A stretch of 64,000 nt of DNA from Hormiphora californensis. Taxonomy: Eukaryota; Animalia; Ctenophora. Position 1 is the stretch's first letter. Each line of letters opens with the position of its first letter. The DNA lies in contig CM035350.1 of NCBI GenBank assembly GCA_020137815.1, forward strand, positions 4,960,001 to 5,024,000. Direction: 5' to 3'. Below, piece after piece: positions 23,993 to 36,600 of this stretch. Made by a program: the position numbers and the translations under genes. The notes under the pieces are model-generated. The model searched no databases. It was given only the letters and a program-made list of their open reading frames with translations, and was not told the DNA's origin.

Positions 23993-26900
23993 ATGAAACT
24001 GTTTTTGCTCCTCTTGGCTGCTGCCTTGTTGGCAGCGGCTGAGCACCCAGGAGGAGGGGGACCTGGAGGTCCTGGAGGCCCCGGAGGTCCTGGAGGTCCT
24101 GGAGGTCCTGGTGGAGATGACGGCCCCGGAGGTCCTGGTGGAGATGACGGTCCTGGAGATGACGGTCCCGGAGGTCCCCCAAGAGGAGGCCCTAAAGGCC
24201 CTGGCGGTCCCCCAAAAGGCCCCGGAGGTCCCCCAAAAGGAGGCCCTAAAGGCCCTGGCGGTCCCCCAAAAAGAGGACCTAAAGGTCCTGGAGGTCCCCC
24301 AAAAGGAGGCCCTAAAGGCCCTGGCGGTCCCCCAAAAGGAGGCCCTAAAGGCCCTGGCGGTCCCCCAAAAGGAGGTCCTAAAGGCCCTGGAGGTCCACCA
24401 AAAGGAGGTCCACCAAAAGGAGGTCCTGGTGGACCCCCTCCCCATGGACGTGGTAAGATATTTATTAGTTAAATAAAGAACTATTTTTATCCAACAAATT
24501 TTTCAGGCCCCCCTCCTCAACGAGCACTTCTTCCTAAATGGACGCGACTTCCGGGAGCTCTGACTTCTATCTCTTTTGGTCTTCGTGGTCTGTGGGGAGT
24601 AAACGCAAATGGAGAAATCTGGGAATGGAGAGGTAAGTGTACTACTATTAACTACTACTACATATATACGAAATGTATCTTGTTGTCATGAACGTTGTCG
24701 CCGTCAGCTTTTTATTTAACGACCTTTTCAGAACCTGGACATGGCAAACGTGGACCTCCTCACGGTCATGGAGGTCACAAGGGCGGACACCCTAAGGGCG
24801 GAAAGGGAGGCAAGGGCGGACACCCTAAGGGCGGAAAGGGAGGCCCTAAGGGAGGCAAGGGTGGTCCCAGAGGCCCTGGAGGTCCCGGTGGTCCTGGAGG
24901 TCCCGGTGGTCCTAGAGGTCCCGGTGGCCCTGGAGGTCCCGGAGGCCCTGGAGGTCCCGGTGGTCCTGGAGGTCCCGGTGGTCCTAGAGGTCCCGGTGGT
25001 CCTGGAGGTCCCGGTGGTCCTAGAGGTCCCGGTGGTCCTGGAGGTCCCGGTGGTCCTGGAGGTCCCGGTGGTCCTAGAGGTCCCGGTGGCCCAGGAGGCC
25101 CCAAGGGAGGCAAGGGTGGCCCCAAGGGAGGCAAAGGTGGCCCTAAGGGAGGAAAGGGAGGAAAGGGTGGTCCTGGAGGTCCCGGAGGCCCACCTCGTGG
25201 AGGTCCCGGAGGTCCTGGAGGTCCCGGTGGTCCTGGAGGTCCCGGTGGTCCTGGAGGTCCCGGTGGCCCAGGAGGTCCTGGAGGCCCACCTCGTGGAGGT
25301 CCCGGTGGTCCCGGAGGCCCCAAGGGAGGAAAGGGTGGCCCTAAGGGAGGAAAGGGTGGTCCCGGAGGCCCAGGAGGTCCCGGTGGTCCTGGAGGTCCCG
25401 GTGGCTCAGGAGGTCCTGGAGGCCCACCTCGTGGAGGTCCCGGTGGTCCTGGAGGCCCAGGAGGTCCCGGTGGTCCTAGAGGTCCCGGAGGCCCAGGAGG
25501 CCCCAAGGGAGGCAAGGGAGGCAAGGGTGGCCCTAAGGGAGGAAAGGGCGGTCCCGGAGGCCCACCTCGTGGAGGTCCCGGTGGTCCTGGATGGTCCCTG
25601 GAGGTCCTGGAGGTCCCGGTGGTCCTGGAGGCCCACCTCGTGGTGGTCCTGGAGGACCTGGTAGCAAGGGCAAATGGCACAAAGTTGCTGGTAGCCTCAT
25701 GCATGTTGCAGTGGGACGTAGTATCTGGGGAGTCAATAAGAATCACCAGATCTTCAAATACCTTGGCAACAATAAGTGGAAGCACATTGCCGGTGCCCTG
25801 ACTAACATTGACGTCAGTGATCATGACCATGTTTGGGGAGTGAACAAGCAGATGAACATTTGGAGGTGGCAGGGAGCCAAGTGGGAGAAAATTGATGGTG
25901 CTGCCATCCAGGTCAGCGTTGGAATGGCTGGAGTCTGGGTTGTCAACAAGGCCAACGATATCTATCATCGTCTTGGAACGTTCGGAGACAAGAAAGGAAA
26001 TGGAGCCAAGGTAAGTCGCTTGACGGTTTTCTCCGTTAACTTGTCATCAATATCAATCTATTACAAGTTTCTAATAATCTATAATGTTACAGTGGGCTAA
26101 AATTGATGGTAAACTGAAGTGGGTTGCCTCTGGCCACGGTATCATTGTTGGTGTTAACAAAGCCGATCTCATCTACTACCGACTGGGTATCAACCCAAAG
26201 AAACCCCTCGGAACTAAGTGGGTGAATGTACCCGGAAAACTGGCCCGTATCGACATCCACCGAGATGCGGTGTTTGGTGTGAATGCTCAGCATCATGTCT
26301 ACAAGGCCCCTGTGGCTCCCATCGGTAAACCCCAGGGAGGAGGCGGAGGAGGCGGTGGCTTTGTCGAAGGTACGTAGTTGTTATGAGACTAGAACTTCAT
26401 TATCGTGAAATCTTATCATGATAAGAAGATGAATAACACACAAGTTACTAAGTCACGCTCAGATGTCAAATTGTTGTGATACGCACCAGTAAAATAAAAT
26501 TGCGTTTCTTTTATTAGTTTCCTACGAGGAGCGTGAGGGTGTTTACCTTGCCGGATACACCTCTGGAAAGATGATTGGCTTCAAAACCCTGCCAGAAGCT
26601 CTTGCTGCCTGTGCCCCACGAAAAGGTAATGGATCGTTTAAAATTTTATATTCCTGCAACCTCTCTGCTGGTTATGAGGTTTATCAATGTCATCCGATAA
26701 TTTCAGCTTTTATTAACTAAAAAGCATATTTTGTTGAGCTAACCTAGTATCGTCACAGATTGTGGTGGAGTTACAAAGGAACCCGCCAAGGGAAACAAGT
26801 TCACTCTAAGGAAGGGAAAAGCACCTAAGAAGGCTAAAGCTGGAGAGACCTCTTGGATCAAGGGCAAGGCCCCCGCCCGCAAGGGACCTAAACCTCCCCA

Positions 26901-29900
26901 ACTGGCTATTTACGGTCGATGGGAACAGTTCCCCGGAAAATACTATCGCATTGCTATCGGTGGGGCCGGTATTTTCGCCATCACCAAAAAACACACCATC
27001 CACGAGTGGAAGGGTAAGTAACTCAGAGATTACGCGACAGTAGAGAACACTCAAGTGACTAACAGCTCATATTTTCAGGAGGTAAATGGGTGACTATCAA
27101 GGGAAGTCTCGCTCACATTTCTGTGGGTAAGACAGTCTGGGGTGTGAACAAGGCCTACGATATCTTCATGTACCAGGGCAAGAACAGATGGAAGAACATC
27201 AAGGGTAAACTAACCAATCTCGATGTCTCTGAGAAGAACCACGTCTGGGGAGTGAACACCAAAGCGAAGGGAGCCATCTTTAGGTGGACTGGAAAAGCCT
27301 GGGAGACTGTCCAGGGAGCTGCTATCCAGATTGCCGTAGGAGATTCTGGAGTGTGGTGTGTAAATGCTGCCAATAACATCTACTACAGGACTGGAACTTT
27401 CCATGACAAAAATACCAAGGGAAAATCCGTAAGTTATTAGTTCTTGTGTTTATTCATTATGTCCAATGAAAACAAGAACTATTATCGATCATGAGACTCA
27501 AGAATAGTCAAGCGATACATTGTTTGTATCCGTAAGTTGGACTGTTTTATCTGTTCATGTCTCACAAGTTCTTTATCATTAAATCCCGTTCAGTGGGTGC
27601 AAGTTCCTGGATCCCTCAAATGGGTATCCTCTGGGCGAGGACTGGTCGTTGGTGTGAACAAGAACGACCAGATCTACTTCCGTATCGGAATCTCTCCTCA
27701 AGCTCCTTATGGAACACAGTGGGCCATGGTAGGAGGAAAACTCTCCATGATCGATATCTACAGACTGACGGTGGTTGGTGCTAACAGCGCTATGATCCCC
27801 TGGAAGTCTCCCGTCGGACCCATCCGGGGCAAGATCATCGGAGGAAGCTCAACCAAGACAACCACTAAGACTGGTTAGTAAAATATAAGATAACGAGGTG
27901 GTAAAACTGACACTAATTGTATTGTTCATACTACGCAGTAAATATAAATACAGGTCAAATTCACTTCATCATGCATCTAACGAATTATCATTTTCTACAG
28001 TAACCATCTAACGAATTATCATTTTCTACAGTAACCTTCACGCAAGTGAACGGCGCCAAGCTGAACGGTTACTCCTCTGGAAAGAGGATCGCTTTCAACA
28101 CTCTAGGAGAGGCCCTTCAGGCCTGTATCCGTCGAAAGGGTGAGATTTACCAATAATGTTAGCAGTCAATACCACGTTATCCTTCCCTAGTAATAAGTTG
28201 TTGTGTGCGAAATTTTAAGAAGACAGCTCAAACAATTCTCTCCATTTAGATTGTGGAGGTGTTACCAGGGAAACTAAATCTAAGCAAAAGGCCAAGTTCA
28301 CCCTGCGAAAGGGCAAGAAACCTGTCAAGGCAACAGCTGGAGAGGTCTCCTGGACTAGCGGCAAGGTCTCTACCAAAACAACCATTACAATGGGTAAGCT
28401 TTATTATCTGCAGCTCCAGATAGAAGGGAAGAGAGAGTGAGAGAGAAAGAGAGAGAGAGGATATATCAAAAATCAATAAGCCTGAGTTAAAATCGATCTT
28501 GGTCGTCATGCTAATCGCCCATTTCAGCCTCTGTCTCCTACACCATGACATACGGTGGTTACAGTTGGGACTACAAGACCAACCAGGTGATTGCTGGGGA
28601 TTACGTTAGCAAGACCTCCTACAAGACGTACACCACTGCCCTGGATGCGTGTTACTCCAACACCAAGTGTAAGGGTGTTTCCTACTACCCTGAGAATGGG
28701 AAGTTCTGGCTGAATGCCAAGACCAAGGCAAAGTCCCACCCTGGTGGTATGTTCTGGAGGAAGAAGGGCAAGAGTTACACCTACAGTGGCCGTGTCTGGT
28801 CCATGTACTCTGGATATCAAATCAAGGGAGGAAAGTCTTCAACCAAGAAATACACCGAGTAAGTATTTTTAATATCGGTGCTGTTTTTTAATACATACAA
28901 TGTTAATTCTGAATGATTTTATTAGGCCGTTTAACACACATTTCCTTCAAATGCCCCTTTCTTTAGTCTATACGATGCCCTCTACGCTTGTGCCTCTGCT
29001 TCCGCCTGTAATGGTGTGAACAAGGTTTCCAGCTCTGAGTACTACTTGATGAAGGGGACCACAGTTGAGGTCAAAAAGGGACGAAGCTGTTACATCCAGG
29101 GAGGTACGTACATACTAGTTTACAGCCAGAGTTTACAAGCACTCCGTCCCTGATCAGACACTGCAACACTCACAATATGCTGTAACACTAAACACTAAAC
29201 ACTCACAATAGGAATACTAGTTTACAGCCAGAGTTTACAACTACAAACACTCCGTCCCTGATCAGACACTGCAACACTCACAATATGCTGACATGCTGTA
29301 ACACTAAACAAAAAAAGGAATACTACTTAGTTTAGAGCTAGAGTTTGAAACTAAAAACACTCCATTCCTCAGACATTCACAATATCAGATGCTATAGTTC
29401 ACTAAACAGTAAACAGTAAACACTCCATGTATCCCAGATTCTGTGAAGATGTATGGTGGTTACACCTACGCTGTCCTGACCGGCGTCTACTACGGAGGAT
29501 GGCTCTCCACCACCGTCTATACCACCCATGCCGATGCCCTCAAGGCTTGCTCTGCCAACGCCAAGTGTACCGTAAGTAGTTGAATTAATCATTATTTCCC
29601 CTTTTACCTCCACACAAGTGAACGGTGCCAATCTGGGTTGAAAACCACATAAACCAGCAATTTAACCGATGTAATACATCTGTAACAGGGTGTTACCAAG
29701 ATTGGAACTAAAAAGTACCGCCTCAACAGTGGAACTACCGTACAAAGTAACAGCAAATACACCCTCTACCCCAAGGGAGGCCTTGCTGACATCACCTTCT
29801 ACTACAGCTTTGCTAGTAAGTTTAAATCGCGAAGAAATGAAATCTTTACTCAGACATTCCGGTGATATGAATGTTTTCTTTATCTTTCAGACTTCGTTTG

Positions 29901-30618
29901 GGGAGCCTACTCTCCCTATGCCCTCGCTGGCAAGGTTGACGGAAAGACCTACAAGACCCGATCTGCTGCCCTTGATGCGTGTATGCAGAACAAGAAGTGT
30001 GTCGGTTTCACCCAAAACTCCGACACCAACTACTACCTAAACAGCGCCACTAAGAAGATCAAGACTGCTGGCAAGATCGCTCATCTGAAACTCGGAAAGG
30101 GCAAGTTCTCCAACAACTATCTCTTCCAAGAAAAGAACGGATATCCAGCTACAGGGTAAGTTGTGATATATGATTGGGTGACGGGGTAAGTTGTGATATA
30201 CGGAGTCACTACCAGCTGCGTGAAGCCCGGCAAACGAAGTGGATGGACATAAAATGGGATGGCATCACCAAATTGATGCTCCTAACAACTTAATGTCACT
30301 CACTGACCCATTAATTATAACAGGTACCCTGGGCAAGAAAACCTACACCTCTGTGGACACTGCAGCCAAGGCTTGTGCCACCAACTCCGCCTGCAAGGGT
30401 TTCACCTACCTGTCTTCTAAGAAATACGAACTTAATACCTCTACAACCGTCAAGGCTGTCAAGGGGAAAATCGCCTACATTAAGCGAGGTAAACGTCTAT
30501 CTGACGTCTGTTCGTTTGTTTGTTTGTCTGTGTGTGTGTGATTCAAGGAAATGCTGGGTATCTCTAGTGGTCGCATAGTCTCCTCTGCGTCTCAATATCT
30601 CTGTGTAAATCAACCTAT

Positions 30619-30685
<67 letters not shown>

Positions 30686-33600
30686 GTGGTCACTCTATAA
30701 TACACGTCAACTAACACGTGAACTGTTCCAGGCAAGACAACCGCATACAAGAGCTACTACTGGACTAAAAACACAGGTGTCAAGGGACAGGAGTACCTGT
30801 CTACCACTGCCTATAAATCCCTCACCTCTGCCAAGCAGAAGTGTCTGGCCAATGCTAAGTGTGGTGGTGTAACTGAGAGTGGTAGCAAGTACTACCTGAA
30901 CAAGTACCACACCATTGTCAGTAACGCTGGTACCTCTGTCCACGTAAAGGGAGGAGAGCAGATCAAGGAGATCACTGTCTCCCTCTCATACAATGGCTAC
31001 ACCTGGAAGATGAAGACCCCCTGGCAGTTTGCTACTAAACTCAGCAAAACCAAGTATACCTCGCTTAGCGCTGCCCTCAAAGCTTGTGCCAAGAATGCCA
31101 AGTGTATGGGTGTCACCAAAGAGAAGACGGGAGCGTACTACCTCGGTTCCGGAACTAAGTACAAGCCCGGAAAGGGAATGTCAATCTTCATCAAGTATGG
31201 AGTTCTCTCCATGTATGGAGGTTACACCTGGACTTACAAGAGTGGGTATACCATGTCTGGCGGACACCTCTCCTCCACCAAGTACTACCACCAAGGCCAA
31301 GGCCCTGGCTGCCTGTAAGGCTAACAGTAAGTGTACTGGAATCATCTTAGAGAGCAAGAAGTACTACCTTGGAAAGGGGAGCAGCTTCAAGGCCAAGAGT
31401 GGCTCTAAAGCCTGGAAGAAAACTAGTAAGTGAAAAAGTCTCCTTGACCAACGAACTAACTCATTGACGTAATATACAAACATTTTATTTGTATTGACAA
31501 AAAGACTGACATATGACTGACCAGGCGCCGTCAAGACCAAAAAAGATCACTACTGGACTTTGTACAATGACTACAAACTCAGCGGAGACATCAAGTCTTA
31601 CAAAACTCTGGCTCTTGCCATGACTGCCTGTACCTCTAACGCCAAGTGTATGGGTGTCACTACTCATGTAAGAGACTGATTTCTAGCTTAAAACTGGCTT
31701 ATTTTTGTGTGTTTCGAGTCAACTTTTTAACATCTCTCTCTCTTTTTCAGAGTACCAAAGTGCACAAGACCAACACTGGATACACTCCTTCCTCTGCCTC
31801 TGGAAAGACTGCCTACGTCAAGGGATCTGCCTACACCAGCAAATACGCCACCAGGTCTCACGCTCACATGTACCTCGTCTACCAGCCCTATTCCTTGGCC
31901 TCACCCTACGGAAGCAAGCTCACCACCCGAGCCAAGGCCTTCGCTGCCTGTGAGAAGGACAAGGCCTGTAAGGGTTTCACCAGATACGGATCTGGAAACT
32001 ACAAGCTCAACAAGAAGACCACCAAGACCCAGAAGGTCGGCAGTGTCGCCTACATCAAGAAGGGAACCGCCATTCCTAATGGAGGACGTCTGTGGGGTCT
32101 CTACGAGGGACAGAAGCTGACTGGATACGCCAGTAAGACCAAATACACCAGCGATAGCAAGGCTTTCACTGCTTGCGCCAGCAACTCCAAGTGTAAGGGA
32201 GTTACCAAGGAGGGAACCAGCAACTACAAGCTGAACACTGGCTCTACCCCTAGTACCAAGAAGGGAATGGAAGCCTATATCAAGGGCAGTGGATTCACCA
32301 CCTCAAACGGCTACTACTGGTCTGAGATGAGCTCTTACGAGTTCGATACCATCGGATCTAAGAAGTACACTACACTCTCCAATGCCAAAACCGCTTGTGC
32401 CAAGGCTGGACCCGCCAAGTGTACTGGTGTGAGCAAGCACGGAAGCAAATCTTACTATCTCGGTACCTCAGGAACTATTCATCCCAACAGCGACTACAGT
32501 ATCTACCTCATCGGAGGCAAGGAAGTCAAATACACCACCGTCACCATTACATACAGTGATTATGTCTGGAAGATGTACAAGCCCAAGTACCTCGGAGGCA
32601 AAATCGGAAAGACCACCTACAAGACCCGGAACAAAGCCCTCAAGGCTTGCGCTAAGAACTCCAAGTGTAACGGAGTCACCAAGACCAAAAAGACAAAGAC
32701 ATACGCTCTTTACTCCGGATCTACCCCCAGGCCTGGAAATGGAGTCATCTCATACGTCAAGCAAGGAAAGAGTTACACTGCATCCAGCACCGTCTGGACT
32801 GTCAAGAGCAACGCTGTTGTCAGCAAGGATTACAGTTCCAAGGTCTACACTGACCTTTCTGCCGCCCTCAAGGCTTGTGCCGCTGCCAGCGGTTGCAAGG
32901 CCGTCAGTAAAATTGCCTCAGGAAAGTACAAGCTGAAATCTTCCAAGGCCACTACCACCTCTAAGGGAAAGAAGACATACGTTCAGGGATCTTCTATCAC
33001 TACTTCCAACGATTTCTACTGGACTGAGAAGTCTGGCTACAAGTTCGATAACAAACTGGCCGCGACTGCCTACAAAACGAAAGCTAAGGCTCTGGCTGCC
33101 TGTGCTGCCAAATCTACCAGCTGTACTGGTGTTACCAAGACCAGTGGAAAGTACTACGCCATGAAGGGCAGTGACATCACTGCTGACTCCAAGAGTACTT
33201 CCTGGGTCATTGGAGACCGTGTGAAGATCACCTCTTACATGATTTTCGCCGGAAAGGCATGGAGCATACACTCCCCCTACACTCTCTCTGGAGCGGCTGA
33301 CAAGAAGACCTACACTACTATGCAGAAGGCTGCCGATGGGTGTATGAAAAACAAAAAGTGTGTTGGTTTCACCAGGACCGCTGCTAACAAGTTCTCTCTT
33401 AACACAAAGGCTACCCTTACCGCCAAGACTGGCCATGTTGCCTATGTTAGACACGGATCTTACGTGACGGTCAATAACGTTTTGTGGCCCAAGTTCTCTG
33501 GATACAAACTGTCTACCCAGTACGGAACTACCACTTATACCTCTGACAGCGCTGCCATGAAGGCTTGTGCCTCTTCCACTTCCTGTAAGGGTATCACAAA

Positions 33601-36600
33601 GACCGCTGCTAAGAAGTACATCCTCGGATCTACCACCAGCAAGACCAAGGCCAAGGGCCAGGTTGCTTACATTAAGGGAGATGAGGTTGCTTCCTCTTCC
33701 AAGTACTACTGGACCAAGAAGTCTGGCTACAGCTTGAATACCAAGCTAAAGAGCACCAAGTATAAGGATCTTTCCTCTGCCAAGGTTGCATGTGCTGCTG
33801 CCGCTACTTGTCACGGAGTTGTCAAGGAGGGAAGCAAGAAGTACTACATGTACAAGGACGTGAAACTAGTACCAAATGGTGATAGGACCACCTACCTCAA
33901 GACCGGAGGCGTAATTTCCTTCACTACCATGTCAATCACCAGTCAGGGATACGTCTGGAAGTACAAGAATCCATTCGCTCTCTCCGGATCTGCTAGCAAG
34001 ACCACATACAAGAGCCGTGACAAGGCTTTGAAGGCATGTGCCGCTCTCAGTGGCTGCAAGGGAGTTACTTACACCAGCAAGACCAAGAAATACGCCCTGA
34101 ACAGTAGCGCAACCCCCCATCCCGGCAAGGGACAGACCATCTACATCAAAGCTGGCAAGTCTGTCAACTACGCTTACCATGTTTGGACCACGAAGAGTGG
34201 CAGCAAACTGGTCGGATACAAGGATAAGAAGACTTACACTAGTAGGAAGGCAGCCATGAAGGCATGCGCCTCCACCAGTGGATGTAAGGGAGTTACCAAG
34301 GAGGGAACCAACAAGTTTAGAATCAACTCTTCCACCACCGTCAAAACAGTTTCAGGTATTTTCATATTATTTGGATAAACAAAAACAATGACATTCTTTT
34401 GACCTCTGTAAAATGTAATTTCATTGTGACATTGTAACTCGATATTAAAATAATTGCTACAATCCATCTCTCCCATGCCAGGAATGACTGCCTATATCAT
34501 GGGTGATGCCACTGAGACTTCCAACAACTACAACTGGACCCCCAAGAAAAAGTACCAGCTTGGAAGTGCTGGAAAGACAAAGTACACCACTAAAGCCAAG
34601 GCTGCTGCTGCTTGTGCCAAGTCCTCCACATGTACAGGGTAGGTGATATCAAAAAGAGTTATCACTAGATCTTGATTATAACGAAATAATACAGCTGTAT
34701 TTAGGACGCAACACATGTTTCATGGAATCCCTGACGGGAAACCAATCATCAGGCGACCTTAGATCTTAATTATATAAACACAATAAACTGTTAAATACTA
34801 CGTGTGCTATTTTCAGTTTTCCTTGATCGTTTTTCTTTGAAATCTGACAAACTAATCGATGTTTCTTTTTCAGATTCACCAAGTACGGAGACAAGAACTA
34901 CAAGATTAACACTGGCTCTGATATCACTAGCAAATCTACATCCATTGCCTACGTTCGAGGCGGATATGACAAAACTGAACACACCCTCTTCTATGCAGGT
35001 TTGTCTCTTTCACTTCTTGATGACATTATGGTAACCAGGGAATAATTTTGCTGCTATATCGCTAAATATTTTCACTTTCAGACCGTGTGTACCATGCCAA
35101 GTCTCCCTACAAGTACGCCAAGGCATATGGCTCCACCTACACTACCCTTACCGCTGCCCTCGATGCGTGCGAGAAGGACAAGGCCTGTCTCGGGTTCAAC
35201 TACAACGGCTCCAAGTTCCAGAAGACAAAGTCCACCACCGCCACTGCCACTGTCGGCTATGTGGCCTACAAGAAGGGAGGACACTTTGTTACCAGCCAGG
35301 GTTACATGTGGGATCAGCAGAAGAATACCAAGCTGACAGGTTACTACGATAAGGTCACTTATACCAGTGACAGCAAGGCCTTCAAGGTATGTGCTGGATC
35401 TACAAGCTGTAAGGGTATCACCAAGGAGGGAACCAAGAAGTACAGGGCCAATAGCAGTGCTACTGGAAAGACAAAGAAGGGGATGACCGCCTACGTCCAA
35501 GGAAGTCCCTACGTTCTCTATAACAAGTACTACTTCACCGAGAAGGATGGATACACTCTATCTGGATACGTCAGCACAAAGAAGTACAAAACCAAATCCA
35601 AGGCCATGGCTGCTTGTCTCACCTCCTCCAAGTGTAATGGTGTTACCAAGGAAGGAACCAAGAACTATAGGATCAACACTGGATACACCATTAGTTCTTA
35701 CTCTACGAGGACTGCCTACCTGAAGGGAGGAGCCAAGGTTAACTTCCAGAGCTACAAATCTACCTATGCAGGCTACAGCTGGACTTTCAAGTACCCTCAT
35801 ACCCTCAAGGGATACGCCGACAAGAAGGTTTACAAGACTCGCAAGGCCGCCCTTACTGCCTGTGCTGCCAACACCAAGTGTCTTGGTGTCACCAAGGAGA
35901 AGGCCAAGACCTTCAGGCTCAACAGCTCTTCATCTGTTTTGAAGAATAAGGATAGGTCTGTCTGGATTAAGGGAGGAAAGGTCGTCAAAGCTTCCGGTGT
36001 CAACTGGTCCAAGAAGTCCAAGACCAAGCTATCAGGATACTACAACAAAACTACATACAAGACTCTTGCCAAGGCCCTGAAGGCTTGTTCCAAGGCCGCT
36101 GGATGTAAGGGAGTAACCAAGGAGGGTAGTGAGAAGTATCGTCTCAACTCTTCCACTACCTCCAAGACCAACAGTGCCAGCACTGCCTACAAGAAGGGTA
36201 GCACCATCAAGATCTCCAACGACTACTACTGGACTAAGGTCTCCGGATATAAATACAAGACCAATCTTGAGAAGAAGAACTACAAGACCGAGTCTGCCGC
36301 TTTGGCTGCTTGTGCCTCCAAGGCATCTACCTGCTCTGGTGTTTCTTACACCGGAAAGGGCAAGTACTACCTCGGAAAGGGAGACTCTAAGACTGCCACC
36401 ACCGGAGCTAAGGTGTTCGTTCTTGGATCTAACTACAAGAGCTCTTTCACCTACATCCATGCCAACTCCAAGAAGAGTAAGTATTTTTGAGATTTATGAT
36501 CAAAACCTTCCTGAAAATTTATTGATAATTGATTGTCTTATATATTCCTAATCAACTGTTCCTTTCAGCTTGGGTTATGAAGGTTTCCTCTCCATACACC

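Noticed and set aside
24775-25968. Minus-strand 397-aa ORF reading as (GPP)n collagen
   Set aside because: It is the antisense shadow of the GGP-coding tract (Gly and Pro codons are complementary). It has no signal peptide or collagen terminal domains, and the plus strand has the coherent spliced gene.
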